Shown piece by piece: positions 28,259 through 38,414 of a DNA stretch of 64,000 nucleotides. The translations under genes were made by a program, and so were the position numbers. Each line of letters opens with the position of its first letter. Within the stretch, counting starts at the first letter, position 1. The notes under the pieces are model-generated. The model did not search any database. It was not told the DNA's origin and saw only the letters and a list, made by a program, of their open reading frames with translations. This DNA is from Rhodospirillales bacterium. Its GTDB lineage: Bacteria; Pseudomonadota; Alphaproteobacteria; Rhodospirillales; UBA2165. The stretch is taken from the NCBI GenBank assembly GCA_046582495.1, contig JAYGEG010000067.1, forward strand, positions 13,666 to 77,665, in the 5' to 3' direction.

Positions 28259-28954
28259 CTATCCACGGACTTCTTCCATCATATTTTCAAGAGCCATTAC
28301 ATCGCAAATGACCAAAGAATCCTTTTCGCGTTTCACAATGCCCTTTTTTGAAAGATCACTTAATACCCGAGCCACGGTTTCACGTGTTGTACTCGCTCTG
28401 CTTGCCATATCGCTGTGCACGGGGATCGGTTTGATAATTGCCGTATTATCGGCTGAAGCTGACGCTGCCGCTTGCCTTAGAAGCTCACCATGCACGCGGT
28501 TATTCGCGCCCGGCGTACTCAGATCAATGATCCGCTCCGTTGAAGTGCGTATGATACTTGCCAAATTGCGCATAACCTTAAGCGCCACATCAGGGTGCAT
28601 TTTCAAAACCGTTTGAAATCGCTCAGGTGACATCTTTGCGATATCCGCATCTTCTAAGGCAATCACGGATGACGAGCGGGGAAGACCATCAATTGCGGCT
28701 AATTCTCCAAAATATTGACCTTCATTCAAATCTTCGAGAGCGACCTCTTTTCCAGAGATCGTAAAATTAACCACACGCACCCGACCTCGCGTAATGAAGT
28801 AAACATCTCGCGAATCGCTTTGCTGGTCGATAATCTGTTCATTGGGTGCAAATCGCCGCCACCGGCAGGATTTTTCAAAATCCCGGCGCTGTTCGTCGTC
28901 CAGATCCACAAGCAGCTCGATACCCGCAAGATCGTGTTTCTCCGGTGCGCTCAA
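28259..28954 (-). CDS. Crp/Fnr-family transcriptional regulator
   Basis: A cNMP-binding domain (YFGELAAIDG.PRSSSV) plus a C-terminal HTH (TRETVARVLSDLSKKGIV). Confidence 0.85.
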   Translation of the reverse strand: MSAPEKHDLAGIELLVDLDDEQRRDFEKSCRWRRFAPNEQIIDQQSDSRDVYFITRGRVRVVNFTISGKEVALEDLNEGQYFGELAAIDGLPRSSSVIALEDADIAKMSPERFQTVLKMHPDVALKVMRNLASIIRTSTERIIDLSTPGANNRVHGELLRQAAASASADNTAIIKPIPVHSDMASRASTTRETVARVLSDLSKKGIVKREKDSLVICDVMALENMMEEVRG

Positions 28955-29024
28955 AAACCACTCCCACCAATTGATCGCAATTTAGATTTGAACCTCGGTC
29001 TGAAGCCTTGCATAGGACTATATA

Positions 29025-29036
29025 GTGTTGCAACAC
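29025..29036. promoter_or_regulatory. perfect 12-bp palindrome in the crp / glycosyltransferase divergent promoter region
   Basis: GTGTTGCAACAC. It is embedded in a 9-bp direct repeat TATAGTGTT (29021-29029 and 29044-29052). Confidence 0.35.
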
Positions 29037-29179
29037 CTCGTTTTATAGTGTTTTTCCGATACACGAAATGCGCTGAGAAGCTTGCGCCAATTTACCGACC
29101 CGACTATGATTCTTTTGTGCCAAATGATTTTTCAGATTTTAGCCCCGCTTCGCAATCTTCAGTCGGAAAGAAAGCCAAT

Positions 29180-30130
29180 ATGCAGCATATAGCTGTCGTT
29201 ATACCGTGTTACCGCGAAAAACATCATATTCTTGATGTCCTCGGTAAATTTGAGGCGACGATTGATCAGATCATCGTCGTGGATGATGCCTGCCCGGATA
29301 AAACCGGCGAATTCGTGCGCGAGAATACAAATGATCCCCGCATCACAATAGTTACTCATGAAAAAAACCAAGGCGTTGGGGGCGCGACAATTTCCGGTTA
29401 TCAGAAAGCGATGGCGTTGGGTGCTGACATTATTGTCAAAGTAGATGGTGACGGCCAAATGGATCCCGCGATGATCAAAACGCTTATCCAACCCATTTTG
29501 CTAGGAAAAGCGGACTATGCTAAGGGCAATCGTTTCTATCGGTTAAATGGCCTATCCAAGATGCCTGCCTTCAGGTTGATCGGGAATCTAATTCTCTCTT
29601 TTGCCTCAAAAATGTCGAGCGGGTATTGGAAAATATTTGATCCTACCAACGGTTTTACAGCCATCCACAGCAAAATCGCCCAGGAATTGGCGCTCGACAA
29701 AATCAGCAAAGACTATTTCTTTGAATCTGACATACTGTTTCAATTAAATATCGCCCGCGCGGTGGTTGCAGATGTTCCGATCCAAGCGATCTACGGCGAA
29801 GAAACCAGTAACCTGAAAATTTCTCGAATTTTGCTACCGTTTATTGCCAAGCATATTGCAAATTTATTCCGGCGAATTTTTTACAACTACTTTTTGCGGG
29901 ACTTTAGCGTTGCCTCAATTGAACTGGTGGTCGGCGTCGTTTTTATGTTGTTTGGTACCATTTTCGGCGGCGTCGAATGGTATGAAAGCAGCGCAACGGG
30001 TGTAACGGCAACGCCCGGTACGGTGATCATCGCGGCCCTTCCGTTGGTCGTCGGCAGCCAGCTTCTAATCAGCTTCCTAAATTTTGACGTCCAGAATCAA
30101 CCTGACCAGCCCCTTCACCCCAGTCTATAA
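29180..30130 (+). CDS. family 2 glycosyltransferase with C-terminal TM segments
   Basis: MQHIAVVIPCYREKHHI...VVDDACPDKTG...KVDGDGQMDP (DxD-type). The C-terminus is hydrophobic. Confidence 0.8.
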   Translation: MQHIAVVIPCYREKHHILDVLGKFEATIDQIIVVDDACPDKTGEFVRENTNDPRITIVTHEKNQGVGGATISGYQKAMALGADIIVKVDGDGQMDPAMIKTLIQPILLGKADYAKGNRFYRLNGLSKMPAFRLIGNLILSFASKMSSGYWKIFDPTNGFTAIHSKIAQELALDKISKDYFFESDILFQLNIARAVVADVPIQAIYGEETSNLKISRILLPFIAKHIANLFRRIFYNYFLRDFSVASIELVVGVVFMLFGTIFGGVEWYESSATGVTATPGTVIIAALPLVVGSQLLISFLNFDVQNQPDQPLHPSL

Positions 30131-30248
30131 ATGCAACATAAACCGCAAATGAGTGGCCACTGCCGAATATAGCATATAATTGACTCTCCAATGATGTGCC
30201 TTCATGATTGGTGCTCTACAATATGAGACACAGCTTAAAAGAAATCGT

Positions 30249-30857
30249 ATGTATCTGTCTTTTTATCGTAACTTATTGATATTGTTATTCTTTCTGATAG
30301 GAATTGGCACCGCTCCATCGCCTGCGGTGGCCGAAGAAGGTGTCATAAGTTCAGTCGCCTATCGACCTCTGCCGAATGGTGTCGAGATTGTTGTGAAGCC
30401 TTGGGACAATTCAGACGAAAATATGAAAACGGCGCGGATCATTGAGTCTCACCTTAGATTTCTTGGCTATAAAATCTCCCCCACCGCCAAATTTGTTCTT
30501 TCATTTGAAACAAAAAGTTCGCTTGGCAAGTGGTCAAGAGCGACACGAAACACCTCGGTCGAATTTAAAGCCGAAGGAAGTTCTGCGAGTGGTAAAGATG
30601 CAGAGGTCCGCCTCAATTTGTTTTCCAGCTCTGATGGCGGTGTCTTCAACCCGGGCACAAAACCGGGCGAAAATATTCTTTCCAAAGTCAGTTTAGAAAT
30701 TACTCTTGATCAGCCGAATGGCCCGCGTTTTTGGCAAGGCGAAGCTGTTGCCGGCATTCATCAATCCGATGGCGCATCGGTTGCCCGTCGGCTCTCACCT
30801 ATATTGTTGGAAAATCTCGGCAAAACTATCCGCCGAAAATCTGTTCAAATCCCCTAA
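30249..30857 (+). CDS. hypothetical exported protein
   Basis: Signal peptide MYLSFYRNLLILLFFLIGIGTAPSPAVA. No family recognised. Confidence 0.5.
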   Translation: MYLSFYRNLLILLFFLIGIGTAPSPAVAEEGVISSVAYRPLPNGVEIVVKPWDNSDENMKTARIIESHLRFLGYKISPTAKFVLSFETKSSLGKWSRATRNTSVEFKAEGSSASGKDAEVRLNLFSSSDGGVFNPGTKPGENILSKVSLEITLDQPNGPRFWQGEAVAGIHQSDGASVARRLSPILLENLGKTIRRKSVQIP

Positions 30858-30926
30858 TAGGTGGTGCATCCTTCTGAAATAACTTTTATAAACAGCTGCG
30901 AATTTAGGTATTCCAGTTAAACGGAT

Positions 30927-32111
30927 TTGACACGCATGAACGACACCACTCACCAAGGGCTTTTGCCTGCCGGTCTCGCCGATATTCTGCCTCCGGAGGC
31001 GGAGTTTGAAGCGAAAGTGACTGAAAGTCTTATGGCATCATTTTCCAAGTTTGGATATGAGCGGGTCAAACCACCTCTGGTCGAATTTGAAGAAATTTTG
31101 CTGAGTGGCAGCGGTAGTGCCACAGCGCAGCAAACCTTTCGCATGATGGACCCTGTTTCACAGCGCATGCTGGGCGTTCGCGCTGATATGACGCTACAAA
31201 TTGCCCGCATTGCCTCCACTCGGTTGAGCGATGTACCGCGCCCTATTCGGCTGAGTTATGCCGGACAGGTTTTGCGCGTTAAAGGATCGGACCTCCGGCC
31301 AAAACGTCAGTTTGGTCAAATCGGCGCCGAGCTAATTGGCTCGACCGCGCCGGAAGCAGATGCTGAGGTCGTGCTGATGGCGGCAGAGGCTTTGACCGAT
31401 TTGGGTGTCCCCAATTTATCAGTTGATATCGGATTGCCGACCTTGGTACCGGCAATCTGTGCCGCCTTGGAAATAGATATAGCGGCAGATGATGGTGGCC
31501 TCAAATCTGCCCTCAACCAAAAAGATGCGCCGGCGATCACGGCGCTGAGCGATAAGATTGGCGACACCGCAGTTGCGCTTTTTTCGGGCCTCTTAAAATC
31601 CGTAGGGCCAGCTAATAAGTCATTGGAAATATTAAACAAAATTGATCTTCCTAAAAATGCCAAAGAAGAACTGGACACCCTTTCATCGGTCGTAGCGTGT
31701 CTCCAGGAGCGCGCGCCGAAGTTGAAAATCACGATCGATCCGGTGGAAACGCGGGGGTATGAATATCATACGGGTGTCACTTTCACATTTTTCGCTCTTG
31801 ATGTTCGAGGTGAGATTGGACGCGGCGGACGGTACTTGGCGAATGATGCCAACGGCAACGACACCGAAGAGACTGCAACCGGCGTTTCTTTATTTGTCGA
31901 CACCATTTTACGCGCCCTGCCGGAGCCGGCTTTGCACGACCGAGTTTATGTTGCCGACGCCCCCGAAGTCGCGCAAAATTTAAGATCCGAAGGATGGATT
32001 GTCGTCGAACAATTTGCAGCCGATCCACAAATCAGTGATCAAATAGAGCAGCAAGCGGAACAAGCCGGCTGTACACATTATTGGAATGGCAGCGACATCT
32101 CAGCTGTTTAA
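30927..32111 (+). CDS. hisZ: ATP phosphoribosyltransferase regulatory subunit HisZ
   Basis: HisRS-like core without an anticodon domain (GLLPAGLADILPPEA..., RLSYAGQVLR). The start may be the TTG at 30927 or the ATG at 30936. Confidence 0.85.
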   Translation: MTRMNDTTHQGLLPAGLADILPPEAEFEAKVTESLMASFSKFGYERVKPPLVEFEEILLSGSGSATAQQTFRMMDPVSQRMLGVRADMTLQIARIASTRLSDVPRPIRLSYAGQVLRVKGSDLRPKRQFGQIGAELIGSTAPEADAEVVLMAAEALTDLGVPNLSVDIGLPTLVPAICAALEIDIAADDGGLKSALNQKDAPAITALSDKIGDTAVALFSGLLKSVGPANKSLEILNKIDLPKNAKEELDTLSSVVACLQERAPKLKITIDPVETRGYEYHTGVTFTFFALDVRGEIGRGGRYLANDANGNDTEETATGVSLFVDTILRALPEPALHDRVYVADAPEVAQNLRSEGWIVVEQFAADPQISDQIEQQAEQAGCTHYWNGSDISAV

Positions 32112-32135
32112 AATTCTTAGAGGAAACAAAATATT

Positions 32136-33428
32136 ATGGCGAATGTAGTCGTCGTCGGCGCTCAATGGGGCGACGAAGGAAAAGGTAAGATTGTCGATTG
32201 GCTTTCAGAGCGGGCCGATGTGGTCGTAAGATTTCAAGGTGGACACAATGCGGGCCATACGCTGGTGATCGACAATGTCACTTACAAGCTAAGCCTATTA
32301 CCGTCCGGCATTGTCCGTCCTGGCAAAAAATCGGTGATCGGCAATGGTGTCGTGCTGGATCCTTGGGCTCTGTTGCAGGAAATCGAAACTCTCAAGGGCC
32401 AAGGCGTCGACGTTTCGCCGGACAATCTTTCGATTGCGGAAAACACCTCTTTGATTTTACCGCTTCATTCAAAATTGGATAAAGCCCGAGAAGAAACTTT
32501 GGGCGGCGCTAAAATTGGCACGACCGGCCGCGGCATTGGTCCGGCATATGAAGACAAAGTCGGGCGGCGCGCAGTTCGTGCCGGCGATTTGGCCGATGTC
32601 GAAACGCTGGAAGAACGCATCGATAATTTATTGCTGCATCATAATGCGTTGATGCGCGGACTTGGCTCTGCGGAATTCACACGTGACGAAATTCTTGGGC
32701 CTCTTCTGGAAGTCGCACCAAAAATCCTGCCCTTCGTGAAGACTGTCTGGCATCAGTTGGACGAAGCCCGGCGCGATGGCAAACGCATTCTTTTTGAGGG
32801 CGCACAGGGCGCAATGCTGGATAACGACCACGGCACCTATCCGTTTGTTACCTCCTCCAATACGGTTGCTGGAGCCGCCACCGTCGGATCTGGACAAGGG
32901 GCAAAGGCCGCCAATTACAATCTTGGAATCACAAAGGCCTATACGACGCGGGTCGGATCAGGTCCTTTCCCCACAGAGCTAGAAGATGAAATCGGCCAAA
33001 AACTCGGTGAACGCGGTCACGAATTTGGTACCGTCACGGGCCGCAAAAGACGCTGTGGCTGGTTTGATGCCGTCATGGTACGCCAAGCCGTCAAAGTAAG
33101 CGGTATCACTGGTATCGCCTTAACGAAACTTGATGTGCTGGATGGCTTCGACGAATTAAAAGTATGTACGGGATACACCATCGACGGCGAGAGCATAGAT
33201 CATTTTCCGGCATCAATGATCGGTCAATCAAAAGTCGAGCCGGTTTATGAAACACTCGAAGGTTGGACCGAAGGCACTTTTGGCGCGCGGTCCTGGGCTG
33301 ATTTGCCGGCAACAGCGATTAAATATATCCGGCGCATTGAAGAGCTAATTGAAGCGCCGGTCGCCATGCTTTCGACCAGTCCAGAGCGCGAAGACACTAT
33401 TTTAGTGAACGATCCTTTTGAAGATTAA
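32136..33428 (+). CDS. purA: adenylosuccinate synthetase
   Basis: [31 protein letters not shown] and other canonical PurA motifs. Confidence 0.95.
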   Translation: MANVVVVGAQWGDEGKGKIVDWLSERADVVVRFQGGHNAGHTLVIDNVTYKLSLLPSGIVRPGKKSVIGNGVVLDPWALLQEIETLKGQGVDVSPDNLSIAENTSLILPLHSKLDKAREETLGGAKIGTTGRGIGPAYEDKVGRRAVRAGDLADVETLEERIDNLLLHHNALMRGLGSAEFTRDEILGPLLEVAPKILPFVKTVWHQLDEARRDGKRILFEGAQGAMLDNDHGTYPFVTSSNTVAGAATVGSGQGAKAANYNLGITKAYTTRVGSGPFPTELEDEIGQKLGERGHEFGTVTGRKRRCGWFDAVMVRQAVKVSGITGIALTKLDVLDGFDELKVCTGYTIDGESIDHFPASMIGQSKVEPVYETLEGWTEGTFGARSWADLPATAIKYIRRIEELIEAPVAMLSTSPEREDTILVNDPFED

Positions 33429-33604
33429 GCATATTTAAATTAACGCATGCGACAAACTTCAAGAAAGAATTCTAAAAGTTTGCCCAATTGTGCGTTATGA
33501 GGAGCATTCTGGCGTATTTGCTCTATAATGAGTGCTCTGAAAGAGGTCGAATTAGCTAACCGACAGTTATCGAAGACCTGACGCTAGAAAAATGATCAGA
33601 ATTT

Positions 33605-34102
33605 ATGGCGGATACGTCAACAGAACTGGAAATTGGCTCAGAGCCTAATCCGGATAAAGATGAAGGAATGCCCCCACCAGCCGAAGGTGCAGCCGCGCCC
33701 GAAGGTGATTCTGCTGAGGGCGAACCGACTGATGCGCCCGATTCGCCGGATGTTGTAGAAGAACATTCTCCGAGTGGAAATGATGACTCAGAACCTTCGG
33801 AAAGTAGTGAATCGGCCGATATACCCGAACTATCAAATCAACTTGATTCGCCGGAAGAAGCGGAAAAGGGCGAGGAAAGCGACGTCGCTGAGCAGGAATC
33901 CTCTGCCCCGGACGAGTCAGAGACTTCAGAGGAACCAGAGGAGGATGAAGAGGCTGAAAATGAACCTCTTGAATCGGACCCAACTGAAACTCAAGGTATA
34001 ACGGACGATCAAGACGCAGCACACGAAACCACGCCGCCATCAACTGTTTGTACTGCCATTTTATTTCACTCCACCCAATTAATTGAGGCCACCTCAAAAT
34101 GA
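33605..34102 (+). CDS. hypothetical highly acidic, low-complexity (D/E/S/P-rich) protein
   Basis: 165-aa ORF with an ATG start in an otherwise empty 800-bp gap. There are no recognisable domains. The long antisense ORF is explained by the GAA/GAG-rich composition. Confidence 0.35.
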   Translation: MADTSTELEIGSEPNPDKDEGMPPPAEGAAAPEGDSAEGEPTDAPDSPDVVEEHSPSGNDDSEPSESSESADIPELSNQLDSPEEAEKGEESDVAEQESSAPDESETSEEPEEDEEAENEPLESDPTETQGITDDQDAAHETTPPSTVCTAILFHSTQLIEATSK

Positions 34103-34226
34103 CCTTTAATTCTTTGCCTTGCGTTTCCATAAGGTTAACGAAAGGTAAAATTATGATGCCGGGAGAGCGCTTCTGGGTCAATTTACGAAGTGTGCGAAAG
34201 TGTAAGCGACTGTTACAAAGGCTAAT

Positions 34227-35210
34227 TCAGGCTTCCAAAAGAGCCAAAATATCGCGGGGAAGTGGGCTTTTGAAGCTTATTTTCTCCCCACTAGTGGGGT
34301 GGTAAAAACCGATCAAATAGGCATGTAAGGCCTGCCGATTTAGCGTTTTTACGGTGTTTTGAAACACGATTGAAACATCATTTTTCGATTTTTTGGCATT
34401 TTTTGACCCATAAATCGGATCTCCAATGATCGGGTGACCCATGCTTGTCATGTGAACTCTGATTTGATGTGTCCGTCCGGTTTCCAATCTACATTCGATC
34501 AAACTCGCCCAATACACATTGTCCAGTCCAATGCGCTTTTCGACTTTGTAATGCGTTAGAGCATGCTTTCCGCCTCGCTTGACGATTGCCATTTTCTTCC
34601 GGTTGCGAGGATTGCGCCCAATATTACCTTCGATCTCACCTGACTTCGATTTGGGCACACCCCAGACCACTGCTTTATAGGCACGATCTAAACTGTGATC
34701 GGAAAATTGTGCGGCCAATCCACGGTGGGCAATGTCGTTCTTAGCCGCAACGATCAGGCCGCTGGTATCTTTGTCCAGGCGATGAACAATGCCAGGGCGA
34801 GCTTCGCCGCCGATACCGGAAAGGCTCTCGCCGCAATGAGCAATTAAGGCGTTGACCAAAGTGTTATCGGGATTGCCGGGGGCAGGATGGACGACAAGTC
34901 CGGCAGGTTTATCAATGATGATCAAATCATCGTCTTCATAAACCACATCAATATCTATATTTTGGCCAACTGGGATTGCCGGCTTTGTGGCTGGAACCGT
35001 AATTTCATAGCCTTCACCGGGTTTGACCCGGCGCGAAGGGTCCGTTACTTTCGCCCCCGCACGCGTTATATATCCGTCCACAATTAAGGTTTTAATGCGG
35101 CTGCGGGAATGTTCGGCAAAACTTTCGGTGAGAAACTTGTCGAGACGACTGCCAGCGAATTCGGCTCTCACCGTCACATTTAGGATCTGATTGTTCGATT
35201 GCTCGTTCAT
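34227..35210 (-). CDS. rluD: RluA-family 23S rRNA pseudouridine synthase (RluD-like) with an S4 domain
   Basis: HRLDKDTSGL catalytic motif, an N-terminal S4 domain, and the GRTHQIRVH motif. Confidence 0.9.
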   Translation of the reverse strand: MNEQSNNQILNVTVRAEFAGSRLDKFLTESFAEHSRSRIKTLIVDGYITRAGAKVTDPSRRVKPGEGYEITVPATKPAIPVGQNIDIDVVYEDDDLIIIDKPAGLVVHPAPGNPDNTLVNALIAHCGESLSGIGGEARPGIVHRLDKDTSGLIVAAKNDIAHRGLAAQFSDHSLDRAYKAVVWGVPKSKSGEIEGNIGRNPRNRKKMAIVKRGGKHALTHYKVEKRIGLDNVYWASLIECRLETGRTHQIRVHMTSMGHPIIGDPIYGSKNAKKSKNDVSIVFQNTVKTLNRQALHAYLIGFYHPTSGEKISFKSPLPRDILALLEA

Positions 35211-35233
35211 GTGGAGAAGACTGGACTAAAAAC

Positions 35234-35602
35234 ATGCATAAAAACAAGGCCTTAGTTTCACTTGTAGTGGGTCTCGGTATCATTATTGTCGTCGGACTTG
35301 TTGTGTTGGGTTATGGATTGAATCAGCGCGCCTCCAATCCCGACTTTAAATTTTTCAAAACCAGCGACACAGCACCTGCAAAAGTCAGTAAAGCTTCGGC
35401 GGTTCAGGCTCAAATTCAAGCAAAGCTGCCGACAAATGTATCGATCCCCTTGGCGCAAGGTTCTTGGGTGAGGGAGATAGAAACCTCGGGCGATAAAATC
35501 ATTGTTCATATAATCAATGAGGCGAAGCGCGATCGCATACTCATCTTGGATGCTGAAACCGGTGCCGTCCTGCGGCGCATCCGGTTTGATCACAAACAGT
35601 GA
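35234..35602 (+). CDS. hypothetical membrane-anchored protein
   Basis: N-terminal TM segment (ALVSLVVGLGIIIVVGLVVLGY). Its stop overlaps the start of the next gene (GTGA). Confidence 0.5.
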   Translation: MHKNKALVSLVVGLGIIIVVGLVVLGYGLNQRASNPDFKFFKTSDTAPAKVSKASAVQAQIQAKLPTNVSIPLAQGSWVREIETSGDKIIVHIINEAKRDRILILDAETGAVLRRIRFDHKQ

Positions 35603-36018
35603 TCACCTGCAGCCAATCGCAACTCAATCAAATTAAGGCTGCCGCCGAAGCCGCCTACCCGTCAGAATGTTGCGGCTTGTTGGTGGGGAGTGGCAACAGC
35701 TTGGTCGTGAGCCGCGTTGTTTCAAGCCCAAATCTTCTCACCGATCAAGGCCTGGATCGCTTCGAAATAGATCCGCAAATCCGTATCGATCTGGAACGCA
35801 AGCTCCGCGGATCGGCGGAACAAATAATCGGCCATTATCATTCCCATCCTGATCATCCGGCAATGCCGTCCGCTACCGATCTCGCGATGGCTTTTGAGCC
35901 AGACTTGATTTGGTTGATTGTGTCAGTCCGAGACGGTCAGGCAGCAGAAATTAAAACCCATCAATTGGATCAAACGGCCAATAAATTTAGGGAAGTAAAC
36001 TGCAAAATTATAAATTGA
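35599..36018 (+). CDS. Mov34/MPN/JAMM-family metalloprotease
   Basis: E..CG motif (SECCG) and the JAMM motif HYHSHPDHPAMPSATD. Confidence 0.85.
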   Translation: MITCSQSQLNQIKAAAEAAYPSECCGLLVGSGNSLVVSRVVSSPNLLTDQGLDRFEIDPQIRIDLERKLRGSAEQIIGHYHSHPDHPAMPSATDLAMAFEPDLIWLIVSVRDGQAAEIKTHQLDQTANKFREVNCKIIN

Positions 36019-36042
36019 GAAATCGAGCCGTTCAAATATATA

Positions 36043-36249
36043 TCAACCGGTGGTGCCGGTAGCATTTCCAGATGAAGGTTTTACCGGCGGGGTGCGCGTC
36101 CTCGATTGGTGTTGCACAGCTTTTAAATCCATATCAATGGCCCTAACCGTATCTTCTAGAAATTTAACTTTCTCATCTAGTGATTTGATTATATCGCGGT
36201 CCGTCTCGACCTGCTTGCGAAGATTATTATTTTCCTTGCGATCCGTCAT
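36043..36249 (-). CDS. hypothetical small coiled-coil protein
   Basis: 68 aa, MTDRKENNNLRKQVETDRDIIKSLDEKVKFLEDTVRAIDMDLKAVQ... It looks heptad-like and has a Pro/Thr/Gly tail. It could instead be an antisense artefact of the decayed regulator next door. Confidence 0.3.
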   Translation of the reverse strand: MTDRKENNNLRKQVETDRDIIKSLDEKVKFLEDTVRAIDMDLKAVQHQSRTRTPPVKPSSGNATGTTG

Positions 36250-36263
36250 GATCGCCTCTTTGA

Positions 36264-36686
36264 GAGGCTTTATATTTAACCAAGCCGTTCGACCCGGAAG
36301 AACTTGTCTTGAGAGTTCACAATTTACTTGGCAGGTCCCGAGGCTATGGGACAATAGACATTTCCTCACGAGACAATGGCGCGATTGAATTTGATGGCTA
36401 GAAAGTGGATATGAGTGGTCGCTCGATCACAAACTCTGACGGCAGTGATGTTATGCTCACCAATGCCGAGTTTAATTTGTTTTCCGCCCTCGTCAAAGCG
36501 CCCAACCGCGTGCTTACTTGCGACTTTTTATTGGATGCCGTCAGCCGAGACGACGATGCGCCATCGGATCGCTTGATAGACGTCTTAATCAGCCGAGTTC
36601 GCAAAAAAATTGAGAGCGAACCCAAAAAGCCAAAGCTAATCGTTACGGTTCCCGGCTGCGGCTACAAATTCACCGGCTCGCTTTAA
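36264..36686 (+). pseudogene. OmpR/PhoB-family response regulator remnant (5'-truncated, in-frame TAG)
   Basis: The frame reads EALYLTKPFDPEELVLRVHNLLGRS...AIEFDG*KVDMSGRSI...LTNAEFNLFSALV...DRLIDVLISRVRKKIE...TVPGCGYKF. The TAG at 36399-36401 sits where this family has Trp. The receiver domain upstream of YLTKPF is missing. Confidence 0.75.
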
Positions 36687-37612
36687 AATGCAACCTGATC
36701 GCCGCCTTTAAGCGCCAGTCGTTCGCGCGCCTCGGTAGGTGTCGCCACTTCCAAAGATAAATCTTCGACAATGCGCCGAATTTTAGTGACTTGATCGGCA
36801 TTGGATTTGGCCAATTCGCCTTTGCCGATGTAGAGCGAATCTTCAAGACCGACCCGTACATTACCGCCGAGAATGGCACCGGTGGTGACAAAACTCATTT
36901 GATGGCGGCCAGCGGCCAAAATCGACCATTCGTAATTTTCCTCGCCGAAGAGCTTGTTGGCAATTCGGCGCATATGCATAAGGTTCTCAATATCAGCGCC
37001 AATGCCGCCGAGAATGCCGAAGATTGTCTGCACAAAGAATGGTGGTTTAACCAGGCCTCGATCAACAAAATGGGCTAGGTTATAGAGATGGCCCATGTCA
37101 TAACATTCAAACTCAAAGCGCACGCCATGGCCTTCGCCAAGTTCCTTCAACACCCATTCAATATCTTTAAAAGTATTGCGGAAAATAAAATCGCGGGTCA
37201 TTTCGAGATATTCCGGTTCCCACTTATATTTCCAGTCAAACGGCTTATCGAGGATCGGATAGAGGCCAAAATTCATCGAGCCCATATTGAGCGATGTCAT
37301 TTCAGGGCTGGCACGCAATGCACCGGCGCAGCGTTCTTCAAGCGTCATACCATGTCCGCCGCCGGTCGTAATGTTCACCACAGCATCTGTCGACTGCTTG
37401 ATGCGAGGCAGGAACTCCATAAAAGTGTCGGGCGACGGCGTTGGGCTACCATCTGGATTTCGGGCGTGTAGGTGAAGAATAGAGGCACCGGCTTCGGCCG
37501 CTGCTATCGCACCTTCGGCGATTTCGTTTGGCGTGATCGGTAAATATTCCGACATCGTCGGTGTATGGATGGAGCCGGTAACCGCGCAGGTGATGATGAC
37601 GCTTTTAGCCAT
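36683..37612 (-). CDS. beta-keto acid cleavage enzyme (BKACE / 3-keto-5-aminohexanoate cleavage, DUF849) family
   Basis: MAKSVIITCAVTGSIHTP...LHLHARNPDG...TTGGG, the typical BKACE TIM-barrel motifs. Confidence 0.8.
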   Translation of the reverse strand: MAKSVIITCAVTGSIHTPTMSEYLPITPNEIAEGAIAAAEAGASILHLHARNPDGSPTPSPDTFMEFLPRIKQSTDAVVNITTGGGHGMTLEERCAGALRASPEMTSLNMGSMNFGLYPILDKPFDWKYKWEPEYLEMTRDFIFRNTFKDIEWVLKELGEGHGVRFEFECYDMGHLYNLAHFVDRGLVKPPFFVQTIFGILGGIGADIENLMHMRRIANKLFGEENYEWSILAAGRHQMSFVTTGAILGGNVRVGLEDSLYIGKGELAKSNADQVTKIRRIVEDLSLEVATPTEARERLALKGGDQVAF

Positions 37613-37626
37613 TGTTTTAATCTCCT

Positions 37627-38403
37627 CTATTCATCAAAAATGGCGACAGCACGGGTCCAGCCCGCTGACGCGCCTCTAATTTTTACGGGGAAACACGCAA
37701 TCTCAAAACCATCGCCAGGAAGCTCTTCAAGATTGTGAAGCTTCTCCAAATGGCAATAGCCGATTTCCCGGCCGGCTTTATGACCTTCCCAAATCAGAGA
37801 TGCATCGCCGGTTTCTGCGTATTTATCTTTGGTATGGACAAAAGGTGCGTCCCAGCTCCAAGCGTCTGTGCCCGTCACCCGAACGCCGCGTTCCAACAAA
37901 TACAGCGTCGCCTCCCGTCCCATGCCTGCACCGGCTGAGACATAATGGTCCGATCCATAGGCTTTGCCGGCTGCTGTATTTACAACAACAATTTCTAATT
38001 CTTGTAGCTCATGGCCGATGCGGGCAAGCTCGTTTTCAACATCCTCGGCAGTGATAACGTAGCCATCTTCAAGCCCGCTAAAATCGAGTTTTACCCCGGG
38101 TCTAAAGCACCATTCCAAAGGCACTTCATCGATTGTGATCGCCCGCTCGCCTTTGTTCATTGTCGAGTGAAAATGATAGGGCGCATCCAAATGCGTGCCG
38201 TTGTGGGTCATCAATTTAATCCATTCGATGGCCCATCCTTCACCATCCGGCAAATCCTCTTCTTTGAGGCCTGGGAAAAACTCGACGACATCTTTGGCAG
38301 TATCCTTATGGGTAAGATACTCAATCTTCGGCCCATAGCCGGGCGGGTCGGAAATCACATCGTTTTCCAAATGCATCGAGATATCAACAAATCGTCTCGC
38401 CAT
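37627..38403 (-). CDS. cyclase-family hydrolase (kynurenine formamidase / isatin hydrolase-like)
   Basis: [12 protein letters not shown] motif (HxGTHxDxPxH), 258 aa. Confidence 0.8.
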   Translation of the reverse strand: MARRFVDISMHLENDVISDPPGYGPKIEYLTHKDTAKDVVEFFPGLKEEDLPDGEGWAIEWIKLMTHNGTHLDAPYHFHSTMNKGERAITIDEVPLEWCFRPGVKLDFSGLEDGYVITAEDVENELARIGHELQELEIVVVNTAAGKAYGSDHYVSAGAGMGREATLYLLERGVRVTGTDAWSWDAPFVHTKDKYAETGDASLIWEGHKAGREIGYCHLEKLHNLEELPGDGFEIACFPVKIRGASAGWTRAVAIFDE

Positions 38404-38414
38404 CTCAGACCGCC

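Noticed and set aside
33645-34181. 178-aa minus-strand ORF opposite the acidic ORF
   Set aside because: It is kept open only by the purine-rich repeat composition (the complement of GAA/GAG codons). Its translation is Pro/Leu/Arg-rich low complexity.
35589-35607. TGATCAC-aaacag-TGATCAC direct repeat, resembling the TGATCA operator motif
   Set aside because: It lies at the overlapping stop and start of two coding genes, has different spacing, and lacks the AAATGATCA arrangement. It is most likely a coding coincidence.
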